Below, piece by piece: positions 22,099 through 29,836 of a DNA stretch of 46,012 nt. The DNA lies in contig JBJMHS010000031.1 of assembly GCA_045807245.1 (NCBI GenBank), positions 1-46,012 on the forward strand, read 5' to 3'. The stretch's first letter is position 1. The number at the start of each line of letters is the position of its first letter. A model generated the notes under the pieces. The model was not told the origin of the DNA. It saw only the letters and a list, made by a program, of their open reading frames with translations, and made no database searches. A program made the position numbers and the translations under genes. This stretch comes from Actinomycetales bacterium (GTDB taxonomy: Bacteria > Actinomycetota > Actinomycetes > Actinomycetales > CAVURS01).

Positions 22099-22284
22099 AT
22101 GGCCGACTACGAGTACCGAGTGCTGAAGTTCCCGCGAACCGTCTCGCGGGCCGACGCGCGCCAGGTCTTGACCGAGCACGCGGAGTACGGTCGCTGGGAG
22201 CTGTCCAGGGTCCGCCTGTACGCCGGCGGTGCGCGCCAGGTGTGGCTGCGACGCCGGATCATCCGGATGCATCGCACGAGCTGA
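22099..22284 (+). CDS. DUF5703 family small protein
   Basis: MADYEYRVLKFPRTVSRADARQVLTEHAEYGRWELSRVRLYAGGARQVWLRRRIIR; CAGAAT -10 element 7 nt before ATG 22099. Confidence 0.82.
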   Translation: MADYEYRVLKFPRTVSRADARQVLTEHAEYGRWELSRVRLYAGGARQVWLRRRIIRMHRTS

Positions 22285-22299
22285 GGCTCGGCGGCGCCG

Positions 22300-23643
22300 T
22301 CAACAGGTCTGGATGAACCGGCGCAGAACCCTTGTGCCGAAACGCAATGCGTCCAGAGGCACCCGCTCGTTGATGCCGTGGAACATGCCGGCGAAGTCGA
22401 GATCTGGAGGCAGCTGCAGCGGAGCGAAACCGTAGCCGCGGATGCCGAGGAGGCTCAGCGCCTTGTTGTCCGTGCCGCCGGACAGGCAGTACGGCAGCAC
22501 CTTGGCGTCGGGATCCTCGGATCGCAGGGCCGCCACCATGGTGTCCACGAGCCGGCCCTCGAAGGGCGTCTCCAGCGACACGTCGCGGTGGTAGGTCTCG
22601 ACATCCACTTCACGCCGGGCCAGCTCGCGGATGGTCGACAGGACCAGCTCCTCATGGCCAGGGAGGAAACGCCCGTCGACGTACGCCTCCGCGGCCTGCG
22701 GGATCACGTTGTGCTTGTAGCCCGCCTTGAGGATCGTCGGGTTCGCGGTGTCGCGCAGCGTCGCTCCCACGAAGCGGGCCATGGTCCCGAGCCGTCCGAT
22801 GAGCTGCTCGGGGTTGTCCGGGTCGAACGCGACGCCGGTGGCCTCGCTCAGCCCGTCGAGGAACTCCCGAACCGTCGGGGTGATCTCCAGCGGCCACTCG
22901 TGGCGGCCGATCCGGGCTACGGCCTCGGCCAGCCGGGTGATCGCGTTGTCGTCATTGACCTGCGAGCCGTGCCCCGCTCGCCCCTTGGCCACCAGGCGCA
23001 GCCAGCTGATCCCCTTCTCGGCCGTCTGCAACAGGTACAGCCGGACGGGGTCCCCGGAGATGTCGTGCACCGTGACCGAGAAGCCACCGACCTCGCTGAC
23101 GGCCTCGGTGACGCCGTCGAGCAGGTCGCGACGGTTCTCGACGAGCCAATGGCTGCCGAGGACACCGCCTGCCTCCTCGTCGGCGAAGAAGGTGAAGACC
23201 AGGTCCCGCGGCGGACGCGTTCCGGACCGGGCCAGGTCGCGGACGACCGCCAGCATCATCGCGTCCATGTCTTTCATGTCCACGGCGCCACGACCCCACA
23301 GGCAGCCGTCGAAGATCTCTCCCGCGAACGGGTCGACCTTCCAGTCCGCGGCGCTGGCGGGCACCACGTCTAGATGGCCGTGGATCATGAGCGCGCCACG
23401 GTCGGCTGTGCCGGCGGGGTCGCCCTCGATCCGTACGACGACCGTCGAGCGGCGCGGCTCGCTCTCCATCAGCTCCGGATCCAGCCCGACCTCGGTGAGC
23501 AGCCCCATCACATGCTCGGCGGCGGCGCGCTCGCCCGGGCCGGCGCCGTCGCCGTAGTTGCTGGTGTCCATGCGCAGGAGGTCACGACAGATGTCGACGA
23601 CCTCGTCCTCCGGTGTGAGCTGCCGTCCGGTCCTCTGGTTCAC
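22300..23643 (-). CDS. M20/M25/M40 family metallo-hydrolase
   Basis: HGHLDVVPA, WGRGAVDMKD, ADEEAGG, GGTDNK, FHGINER. Probable leaderless GTG at 23643, 6 nt after TACGGT. Confidence 0.9.
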   Translation of the reverse strand: MNQRTGRQLTPEDEVVDICRDLLRMDTSNYGDGAGPGERAAAEHVMGLLTEVGLDPELMESEPRRSTVVVRIEGDPAGTADRGALMIHGHLDVVPASAADWKVDPFAGEIFDGCLWGRGAVDMKDMDAMMLAVVRDLARSGTRPPRDLVFTFFADEEAGGVLGSHWLVENRRDLLDGVTEAVSEVGGFSVTVHDISGDPVRLYLLQTAEKGISWLRLVAKGRAGHGSQVNDDNAITRLAEAVARIGRHEWPLEITPTVREFLDGLSEATGVAFDPDNPEQLIGRLGTMARFVGATLRDTANPTILKAGYKHNVIPQAAEAYVDGRFLPGHEELVLSTIRELARREVDVETYHRDVSLETPFEGRLVDTMVAALRSEDPDAKVLPYCLSGGTDNKALSLLGIRGYGFAPLQLPPDLDFAGMFHGINERVPLDALRFGTRVLRRFIQTC

Positions 23644-23696
23644 CGGCCAACCGTAACCGCGCGGGTGCTGAACGGGCGGTCGTAACCTCAGCCGGG

Positions 23697-24257
23697 ATGA
23701 ACCTGTTCGTCGCCGTCCGCCCCTCCTCGGCGGCTGTGCGAGATCTCGAGGGCGCGGTCGCGGCGGCTCGGGCCGGAGCGGGTGACGATCTGCGCTGGAC
23801 CGCGAGCGACGGCTGGCACCTGACGCTGGCGTTCCTGGGTCGGGTCGACGAGGCGCACCGGGCCGAACTGCTGCCTCGTCTCGAGCGCGCCGCCCGCCGG
23901 CACGCGCCGATGACACTGTCGCTCGACGGCGCGGGCCACTTCGGGTCGCACGTCCTGTTCAGTCATGTCGCCGGAGACGTCGCTGCCCTGCGCGCACTGG
24001 CCGCCTCGGTGGTCGCAGCCGCCAGAAGAGCCGGCATCGCGGTGGACGAACTACCGTTCCGACCGCACCTCACGCTGGCCCGGTCGCGGGGCCGCGCCTC
24101 GCTCCGGCCCCTGGCAGCGCTGCTCGAAGGGCACACCGGACCGGCCTGGCCGGTGCCGGAGATGCTTCTCATGGAGAGCACGCCCAGCGGCCTCGGCGGC
24201 CGGCCGCCGACGTACACGGCCCTGGCCTCGTTCCCGCTCGGCGGGAGGCCGTCGTGA
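23697..24257 (+). CDS. thpR: RNA 2',3'-cyclic phosphodiesterase (2H phosphoesterase)
   Basis: N-terminal LFVAV and two HxT motifs (WHLTLAFLG, FRPHLTLAR). Confidence 0.88.
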   Translation: MNLFVAVRPSSAAVRDLEGAVAAARAGAGDDLRWTASDGWHLTLAFLGRVDEAHRAELLPRLERAARRHAPMTLSLDGAGHFGSHVLFSHVAGDVAALRALAASVVAAARRAGIAVDELPFRPHLTLARSRGRASLRPLAALLEGHTGPAWPVPEMLLMESTPSGLGGRPPTYTALASFPLGGRPS

Positions 24258-24289
24258 GCACGAACGGGCCGGGTCCGGCAACCCCACGG

Positions 24290-24298
24290 TGCTATCGT
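24290..24298 (+). promoter_or_regulatory. Extended -10 element of the tRNA-Leu promoter
   Basis: TG-C-TATCGT about 35 nt upstream of the mature tRNA. Confidence 0.45.
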
Positions 24299-24333
24299 GA
24301 ACCCCCGCGAGCGGCCTTCTGGGGCTGCCGCAC

Positions 24334-24420
24334 GTCCGGGTGGCGGAATAGGCAGACGCGCTAGCTTGAGGTGCTAGTGCCCGAAAGGGCATGGGGGTTC
24401 AAGTCCCCCCTCGGACACCA
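24334..24420 (+). tRNA. tRNA-Leu (anticodon GAG)
   Basis: Acceptor stem GTCCGGG/CTCGGAC plus ACCA; D-arm GCGGAATAGGCAGACGC; anticodon arm CTAGC-TTGAGGT-GCTAG; long variable arm GCCC-GAAA-GGGC; T-arm GGGGG-TTCAAGT-CCCCC. Confidence 0.97.
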
Positions 24421-24535
24421 CTGTTTCGGATCGCTGACCTGCAGGAACGCCGAGGAGCTCGTCCAGCGGCGAGCCCATGGCTGGGCACGCCGGTCGGACC
24501 CCCGGTTCGGTCAAGGATGTGGCGAAGGGACGGCC

Positions 24536-25045
24536 CTAGATGAAGAGGAGCTGGGCGCCGTTGGTCTTCTCGATGAAGTCGCTGGCGCTGATGATGCCTT
24601 CGACGTCCTCGTAGAGGTCCGCGTCGGACAGGTGGTTCATGTCGGCGCTGAGCCGGCAGGCCCACAGATGCCCGCCGGCGGCGACGATCTGCTCCAAGAA
24701 CTCCGGCACCTCTGGCACGCCCAGGTCGGCGATGGACCTCTTCAGCTGATGCGTCGCCACCCCGGTCATGCCGGGGAAGGGCGTGATGCCCATCGGCAGG
24801 TGGGTGGCCGTGTTGCCGACCGGGGTGAACTTCAGGTGGTGCATACGGGACTTGGTGATCATGTCGAAGCCCCAGAAGGTGAAGAACAGGTGGGTCTCGA
24901 CCCCTTCTCCTAGAGCCGCGTTGGCCAGGATCAAACCCGGGTAGGCCATGTCCAGGTTGCCCTTGGAGCAGATGATGGCGAGCTTGCGACTTGAGTCGGC
25001 GTCGTCCTCGAACTTCGGGACGATGGCGTCCTGGGTGATCGTCAT
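24536..25045 (-). CDS. DsrE/DsrF/DrsH-like (DsrE2-type) sulfurtransferase
   Basis: From ATG 25045 (GAGGA Shine-Dalgarno): KLAIICSKGNLDMAYPGLILANAA...HLFFTFWG...HLWACRLSADM with the conserved Cys. Confidence 0.85.
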   Translation of the reverse strand: MTITQDAIVPKFEDDADSSRKLAIICSKGNLDMAYPGLILANAALGEGVETHLFFTFWGFDMITKSRMHHLKFTPVGNTATHLPMGITPFPGMTGVATHQLKRSIADLGVPEVPEFLEQIVAAGGHLWACRLSADMNHLSDADLYEDVEGIISASDFIEKTNGAQLLFI

Positions 25046-25064
25046 GACATTTCCTCTCGACTCG

Positions 25065-25379
25065 TCACACGCAGCCGTGTGGTTTGGGCAACCCCGCGAC
25101 GTAGGCCATCTTCTTGGCCGGCTTCTTGGGGAAGAGGGCGAACTGCTCCTTCGTGGGGATGCCGCCGACCGTCTGCATGCGCCGCGTGGTCGCGGTCTCA
25201 CCCGTGGTCTTGAAGTCCTCGCGCAGGAAGCGGATGGCCTTCCAGTGCGCGTCCGTCAGGTCGAGGTCGATGTTGTGCGCGAGCACCTTGGCTAGGTCCT
25301 CGTCCCACTCGTCGTACTCGGTGAGGAAGCCCTCGTCGTTGACGTGGATGAGGCGTCCGTTCAAGCTCGTGACAGGCAT
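25065..25379 (-). CDS. TusE/DsrC/DsvC family sulfur relay protein (single C-terminal Cys)
   Basis: DEGFL...W...LTDAHWKAIRFLRE...LFPKKPAKKMAYVAGLPKPHGCV. Confidence 0.9.
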   Translation of the reverse strand: MPVTSLNGRLIHVNDEGFLTEYDEWDEDLAKVLAHNIDLDLTDAHWKAIRFLREDFKTTGETATTRRMQTVGGIPTKEQFALFPKKPAKKMAYVAGLPKPHGCV

Positions 25380-25380
25380 C

Positions 25381-26661
25381 TCAGTGCGTCCTTTCGGGAG
25401 TTCGTGGTTTGGTCTGGGAGGACTCGGTGTGCTTGCCCAGCATGGACATCCGGTCCGGGAGTGGAAGGCGTCGACCAGGGAGCAGCACGTGCCAGTAGAG
25501 CCAGCGGAACGCGAGCTTGCCCCAGTGGTTCACCCTGGACTCGACCAGCAGTCGGAACGGACCGATGACGGGCAGCGGGTATGAACCAGGCAACGGCTCC
25601 GTGTCGTAGTTGAAGTCGATCAGCAGGCCCTTGCCCCGGCCGGTCTCGACAAAGCAGTTCGCATGCCCATCGAACAGCTCGGTCATCGGACGACCGGCCA
25701 CATGCTCGATGAAGTTGTCAGCGAAGAGATCAACCGAGAAGTGCGCGACCGAGCCGGCCTTCGAGGCCGGGATGTTCGACGCGTCGCCGATCGCGAAGAT
25801 CGACTCGTACGCCGTACAAAGCAACGTGCCCCGGTCGACCGGTACGAAGTTCAGCTCGTCGCCCAGGCCCGAGCGCTGGACGAAGTCGGCCCCCGTGTTC
25901 ACCGGAACCGTCACCAACAAGTCGTAGTCGATAACGCGCTCGTCGAAGGACCGCAGTTGGTGCGCCTGCCCGTCGATCGACTCCACCATGAAGTCCGGCT
26001 CAAGCGCGATCCCCCGCTCCTCGAGCAGCCGACCCAAACGCCGGCTCGCCACCGGCTTGGTGAAGGCGCCTTCAAGCGGCGTCACGTAGGTGAGCTCCAC
26101 CCGATCTCGAATCCCCTTCTCGGCCATGAACGCCTCGGCGAGGAAGGTGAACTCCAGGGGCGCGACCGGGCATTTGATCGGCATCTCGGCCACATGGACG
26201 ACGAGACGTCCACCAGCCCAGCCCCGCAGTCGCTCGGCCAACCGACGAGCACCGTCGAGGGTGTAGAACTCATGGACGTCACCAGCCGCACCGTCGCGCA
26301 TCGCCTCGGCCATCCCGGGCGTCAGATCGGGCCGCGGCGTCGCACCAGTCGCAATGACCAGGTTGTCGTAGGCCAGCACATCGCCACTGGTGAGAACCAC
26401 TTGCCGCTCATCAGGCCGGACCAGGTCCACCTCACCCTGGAAGAACTCGACCCCAGCCGCCAGAAACCGCCGGCGCGGCCGGACCAGTTGCTGCGCTCGA
26501 TACCGGCCGAAGGGCACAAACAGCTGTCCCGGCTGATAGACGTGGTCAAGGGTCTTGTCGAGCACCACGACCCGCCACTGGGACAGTGGCAGCCGACGTC
26601 GCAACTTGTTGGCGACCATCGTGCCGGCGGTGCCCGATCCGATGACGATCACGGTGCTCAT
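25381..26661 (-). CDS. sqr: Sulfide:quinone oxidoreductase-like flavoprotein (type III-like)
   Basis: GSGTAG FAD motif, HVYQPG, IKCPVAPLEF, FAIGDA, FDGHANCFVETG, amphipathic tail NHWGKLAFRWLYW; upstream of sulfur relay genes. Confidence 0.78.
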   Translation of the reverse strand: MSTVIVIGSGTAGTMVANKLRRRLPLSQWRVVVLDKTLDHVYQPGQLFVPFGRYRAQQLVRPRRRFLAAGVEFFQGEVDLVRPDERQVVLTSGDVLAYDNLVIATGATPRPDLTPGMAEAMRDGAAGDVHEFYTLDGARRLAERLRGWAGGRLVVHVAEMPIKCPVAPLEFTFLAEAFMAEKGIRDRVELTYVTPLEGAFTKPVASRRLGRLLEERGIALEPDFMVESIDGQAHQLRSFDERVIDYDLLVTVPVNTGADFVQRSGLGDELNFVPVDRGTLLCTAYESIFAIGDASNIPASKAGSVAHFSVDLFADNFIEHVAGRPMTELFDGHANCFVETGRGKGLLIDFNYDTEPLPGSYPLPVIGPFRLLVESRVNHWGKLAFRWLYWHVLLPGRRLPLPDRMSMLGKHTESSQTKPRTPERTH

Positions 26662-26666
26662 ACCTC

Positions 26667-26710
26667 ACGGTATGAGCCGCCCGGTCAGTCCCCACAGAGC
26701 CGAAGGTCCC
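26667..26710 (-). promoter_or_regulatory. sqr promoter: DosR/DevR-like box plus -10 element
   Basis: Minus strand GGGACCTTCGGCTC (26710-26697), 24 nt, TACCGT (26672-26667), 5 nt, ATG. Confidence 0.55.
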
Positions 26711-26820
26711 TGTCTGCTATGGGTTTCCGCGGCCGAGACACCGCGCGAGACGATACGGCTGTGGCCAGGAGGCGACCGATCACGGTGAGCGACTGGCAGC
26801 CGTGGCACGAACAACTCAGG

Positions 26821-27549
26821 TCAGCCGATCCGCTCCCAGCCGCGCCTGGGCGCGCGACTGCCGAGCTGGCCGTCTCGGCTGCGGTAGACGATGTAGGGCC
26901 TGGTCAGATAGCCGAGCGGCGCGGAGAAGACATGGACGAGCCGGCTAAACGGCCAAAACGCGAACAAGACCCACGCCGCAAGTACGTGCAGCCGGAAACC
27001 AAGGGGGGCCTTGAGGATGAGGCTCGTATCAGGGTGGAAGTAGAAGATCGACCGGAACCACGGCGACACCGTCTGGCGGTAGTCGTGCGGATGGCCGGTC
27101 AGGTTGCCCAGCACCGTGGTCCCCAGGCCGAGGATGAGGGTCCCGATCAGCAGCACGTACATCGCCTTGTCGTTCCGGGTGGTCGCAGAGAAGACCGGGC
27201 CTACCGTGCGGCGGCGGTAGATAAGGATCGCCGCGCCGCTCAGAGTGCAGAAGCCAGCCACGATGCCCAGGCTGGCAGCGGCTGCGTGGTACATCGTCTC
27301 GGTGACTCCGACCGCGTTGGTCCAGGACTCGGGGATGAGTAGCCCGCCGACGTGGCCGAGGAAGACGAACAGGATGCCGAAGTGGAACAGGGGGCTCCCC
27401 CAGCGCAGCAGTCTGCGCTCGTAGAGCTGGGACGAACGGGTTGTCCAGCCGAACTTGTCGTACCGGTAGCGCCAGTAGTGCCCGACCACGAACACCGTGA
27501 TCGCGATGTAGGGCACAGCCACGTACAGGATGCTGTCGGTGGCGCTCAT
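26821..27549 (-). CDS. narI: Respiratory nitrate reductase gamma subunit
   Basis: RYDKFGWTTRSSQ, LFHFGIL...GH, LHV, PFSRLVH heme-ligand motifs. Confidence 0.96.
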   Translation of the reverse strand: MSATDSILYVAVPYIAITVFVVGHYWRYRYDKFGWTTRSSQLYERRLLRWGSPLFHFGILFVFLGHVGGLLIPESWTNAVGVTETMYHAAAASLGIVAGFCTLSGAAILIYRRRTVGPVFSATTRNDKAMYVLLIGTLILGLGTTVLGNLTGHPHDYRQTVSPWFRSIFYFHPDTSLILKAPLGFRLHVLAAWVLFAFWPFSRLVHVFSAPLGYLTRPYIVYRSRDGQLGSRAPRRGWERIG

Positions 27550-28181
27550 CGGGGCCTTCCGGCCGGTTCCGGCATGTACTCGGGCGGGGAGAAGGGCGCG
27601 AGGCCGACCTCCTCCTCCGGCGGGCCTTGGGCAGCGAGTCGGGCCACTGCCTGGTGTTCTTCACCCCGCAGTGGCGGAAGGCCGGCGCAGACAGATTCCA
27701 GGACCGCCTGCCATGGTGACTGGAGCTCGGTGAGTGCCAGCCGCAGCAGCTCCACCCCGGCCCGGTGCTCGAACAGGAGTGCGCGGCCGTTCTCGATCTC
27801 GCCGTGCGCGATGAACTCGAGAACCACCGCTAGGTGGTCCGGCAGCTCGTCTTCGCCGAGCGTCAGACCGGCGCGTCGGTACGCCTGCTTCAGTTTCAAC
27901 AGGGCGACGCCACGATTGCGGGTGTCCCCGTGTTGGTAGTACGTCAGGTAGAGGCAGCATCGTTTGCGGTGGTCGAACGTCGCGACGTAGTCGACCGCCA
28001 GGTCAGACAGGGGCGTGTCAGTGGCGTGGTCGACGAACCGTTGCAAGGGTGCGGCGGCCTCCGGGGCGATGCTGGGCAGCCGTTCGCGCACCGCGCGGAC
28101 GGCGTCCGGAAACGACGCGTCAGGGTAGGCCAGCATCATCGACTGGAGCTGCCAGGCGGTCCGGTCGCTCGGCGTAGTCAT
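27546..28181 (-). CDS. narJ: Nitrate reductase molybdenum cofactor assembly chaperone
   Basis: YVATFD, LYLTYY..GDTRNRG, ELPDHLAVVLEF; lies between narH and narI. Confidence 0.95.
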   Translation of the reverse strand: MTTPSDRTAWQLQSMMLAYPDASFPDAVRAVRERLPSIAPEAAAPLQRFVDHATDTPLSDLAVDYVATFDHRKRCCLYLTYYQHGDTRNRGVALLKLKQAYRRAGLTLGEDELPDHLAVVLEFIAHGEIENGRALLFEHRAGVELLRLALTELQSPWQAVLESVCAGLPPLRGEEHQAVARLAAQGPPEEEVGLAPFSPPEYMPEPAGRPR

Positions 28182-29836
28182 GAGTGCGCCTCGCGGTCGG
28201 GGAAGAGTCCTTCAGGGGTGCCTTTGCCGTCCCAGTTCAGCAGGTTGACTCGCCTCGGTCGCTCTGCCACCGGAGTCACGGTGTCGCTGGTCTGGCGTTC
28301 GCGCAGCATCTGGAAGTTCTCGACGGCGACTGGTTGGAGAGCCCCGGAGGACTCCCCGAACGGCCCCGATCCGCCCATGCCGGGACCGCCGTCGTAGTCC
28401 AGGCTGCACTCGGTGGCCAGCTCTTCCAGTGCGTGGGCCTGTTCGGCGTGCGCGGCCGGGATGACGTACCGCTCTTCGTACTTGGCGATGGCCAGGAGGC
28501 GGTACATGTCGTACATCTGTTGGCCGGTCATCCCGACAGCGGCCGGTATGCGCTCTTGTGGGTCTCGTCCCAGGTTGATGTCTCGCATATACGAGCGCAT
28601 CGCGGCGAGCCGGTGCAGCACTGCATCCACCGGGGCGACGTCGCCGGCAGTGAAGAGCTCAGCGAGGTACTCGATGGGGATGCGTAGGGCCTCGATGGCC
28701 GCGAACAGGTTGCCGGTGTCTTCGGCGTCGAACCCCGTGTCTCGCACCACATCCACCACGGGAGACAGCGGCGGGATGTACCAGACCATCGGCATCGTCA
28801 GATACTCCGGGTGAAGCGGAAGGGCGACGCGATACGTGTTGATCAGTGCGTAGACCGGCGAGCGCTGAGCGGCCTGGATCCAGTCCCGGGCGATGCCGGC
28901 CTTCTCGGCCTCCGCAATGACGGTCCGGTCGTTGGGATCGAGGAAGACGTTTCGCTGAGCCTCATAGAGATCGTGGTCGTTCTCGGTGGAGGCGGCTTCG
29001 AGGACGGCGTCCGCGTCGTACAGCATCAGGCCGATGTAGCGCAGCCGCCCGACGCATGTCTCGGAGCAGACGGTGGGGATGCCCACCTCGATCCGGGGGA
29101 AGCAGAACGTGCACTTCTCGGCCTTGCCGGTGTTGTGGTTGAAGTAGATCTTCTTGTACGGGCAGCCGGAAACACACATCCGCCAACCGCGACAGCGGTC
29201 CTGGTCGACCAGGACGATGCCGTCCTCCTCGCGCTTGTAGATCGCGCCGGAAGGGCAGGAGGCAGCGCAGGAGGGGTTGAGGCAGTGCTCGCAGATGCGC
29301 GGCAGATAGAACATAAACGTCTGCTCGAACTCGAACTTCACCTTGTCGGCGATGCCCTTGAGCAGCACGTCCTTGTGGCCGTGGTCGGGGGAACCGCCGA
29401 GGTCGTCGTCCCAGTTGGCCGACCAGGTGATCTTCATGTCCTTGCCGCTGATCAGTGACTTCGGCCGGGCCACTGGCGTGTGCTCCTGCGCAGGCGCGTT
29501 GGTCAGTGTCTCGTAGTCGTAGGTCCAGGGCTCGTAGTAGTCCTGGATCGAGGGCAGCTTGGGGTTGGCGAAGATGCTGGCCAGCTTCTTGAACCGGCCG
29601 CCGCCCTTGAGCACCAGCCGCCGCCTGCGGTTGAGCGTCCACCCGCCCTTCCATGTCTCCTGGTCCTCGTAACGACGCGGATAGCCTTGCCCGGGACGGG
29701 TTTCCACGTTGTTGAACCACACGTACTCGACGCCGGTCCGGTTGGTCCAAGCCTGTTTGCACGTGACCGAGCAGGTGTGACAGCCGATGCACTTGTCGAG
29801 GTTCATCACCATCGCCATCTGGGCCATGACCTTCAT
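28178..29836 (-). CDS. narH: Respiratory nitrate reductase beta subunit
   Basis: NLDKCIGCHTCSVTCK, PRICEHCLNPSC, CRGWRMCVSGCPYKK, EKCTFCFPR. Confidence 0.97.
   Translation of the reverse strand: MKVMAQMAMVMNLDKCIGCHTCSVTCKQAWTNRTGVEYVWFNNVETRPGQGYPRRYEDQETWKGGWTLNRRRRLVLKGGGRFKKLASIFANPKLPSIQDYYEPWTYDYETLTNAPAQEHTPVARPKSLISGKDMKITWSANWDDDLGGSPDHGHKDVLLKGIADKVKFEFEQTFMFYLPRICEHCLNPSCAASCPSGAIYKREEDGIVLVDQDRCRGWRMCVSGCPYKKIYFNHNTGKAEKCTFCFPRIEVGIPTVCSETCVGRLRYIGLMLYDADAVLEAASTENDHDLYEAQRNVFLDPNDRTVIAEAEKAGIARDWIQAAQRSPVYALINTYRVALPLHPEYLTMPMVWYIPPLSPVVDVVRDTGFDAEDTGNLFAAIEALRIPIEYLAELFTAGDVAPVDAVLHRLAAMRSYMRDINLGRDPQERIPAAVGMTGQQMYDMYRLLAIAKYEERYVIPAAHAEQAHALEELATECSLDYDGGPGMGGSGPFGESSGALQPVAVENFQMLRERQTSDTVTPVAERPRRVNLLNWDGKGTPEGLFPDREAHS

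Noticed and set aside
22300..23916. ORF-track N-terminal extensions (M20 to 23916, DsrE to 25201, GGDEF from 40233, DUF1353 to 45515, LLM to 20691)
   Set aside because: The extensions overlap neighbouring genes or promoters. Downstream starts have better Shine-Dalgarno or -10 support.
24536..25379. Dissimilatory sulfite reduction or reverse-Dsr pathway
   Set aside because: No dsrAB or dsrMK in the window, and the DsrC-like protein lacks the second cysteine.
25381..26661. Selenocysteine recoding in the SQR-like or DsrE-like genes
   Set aside because: Both frames are open with ordinary Cys codons and no in-frame TGA.
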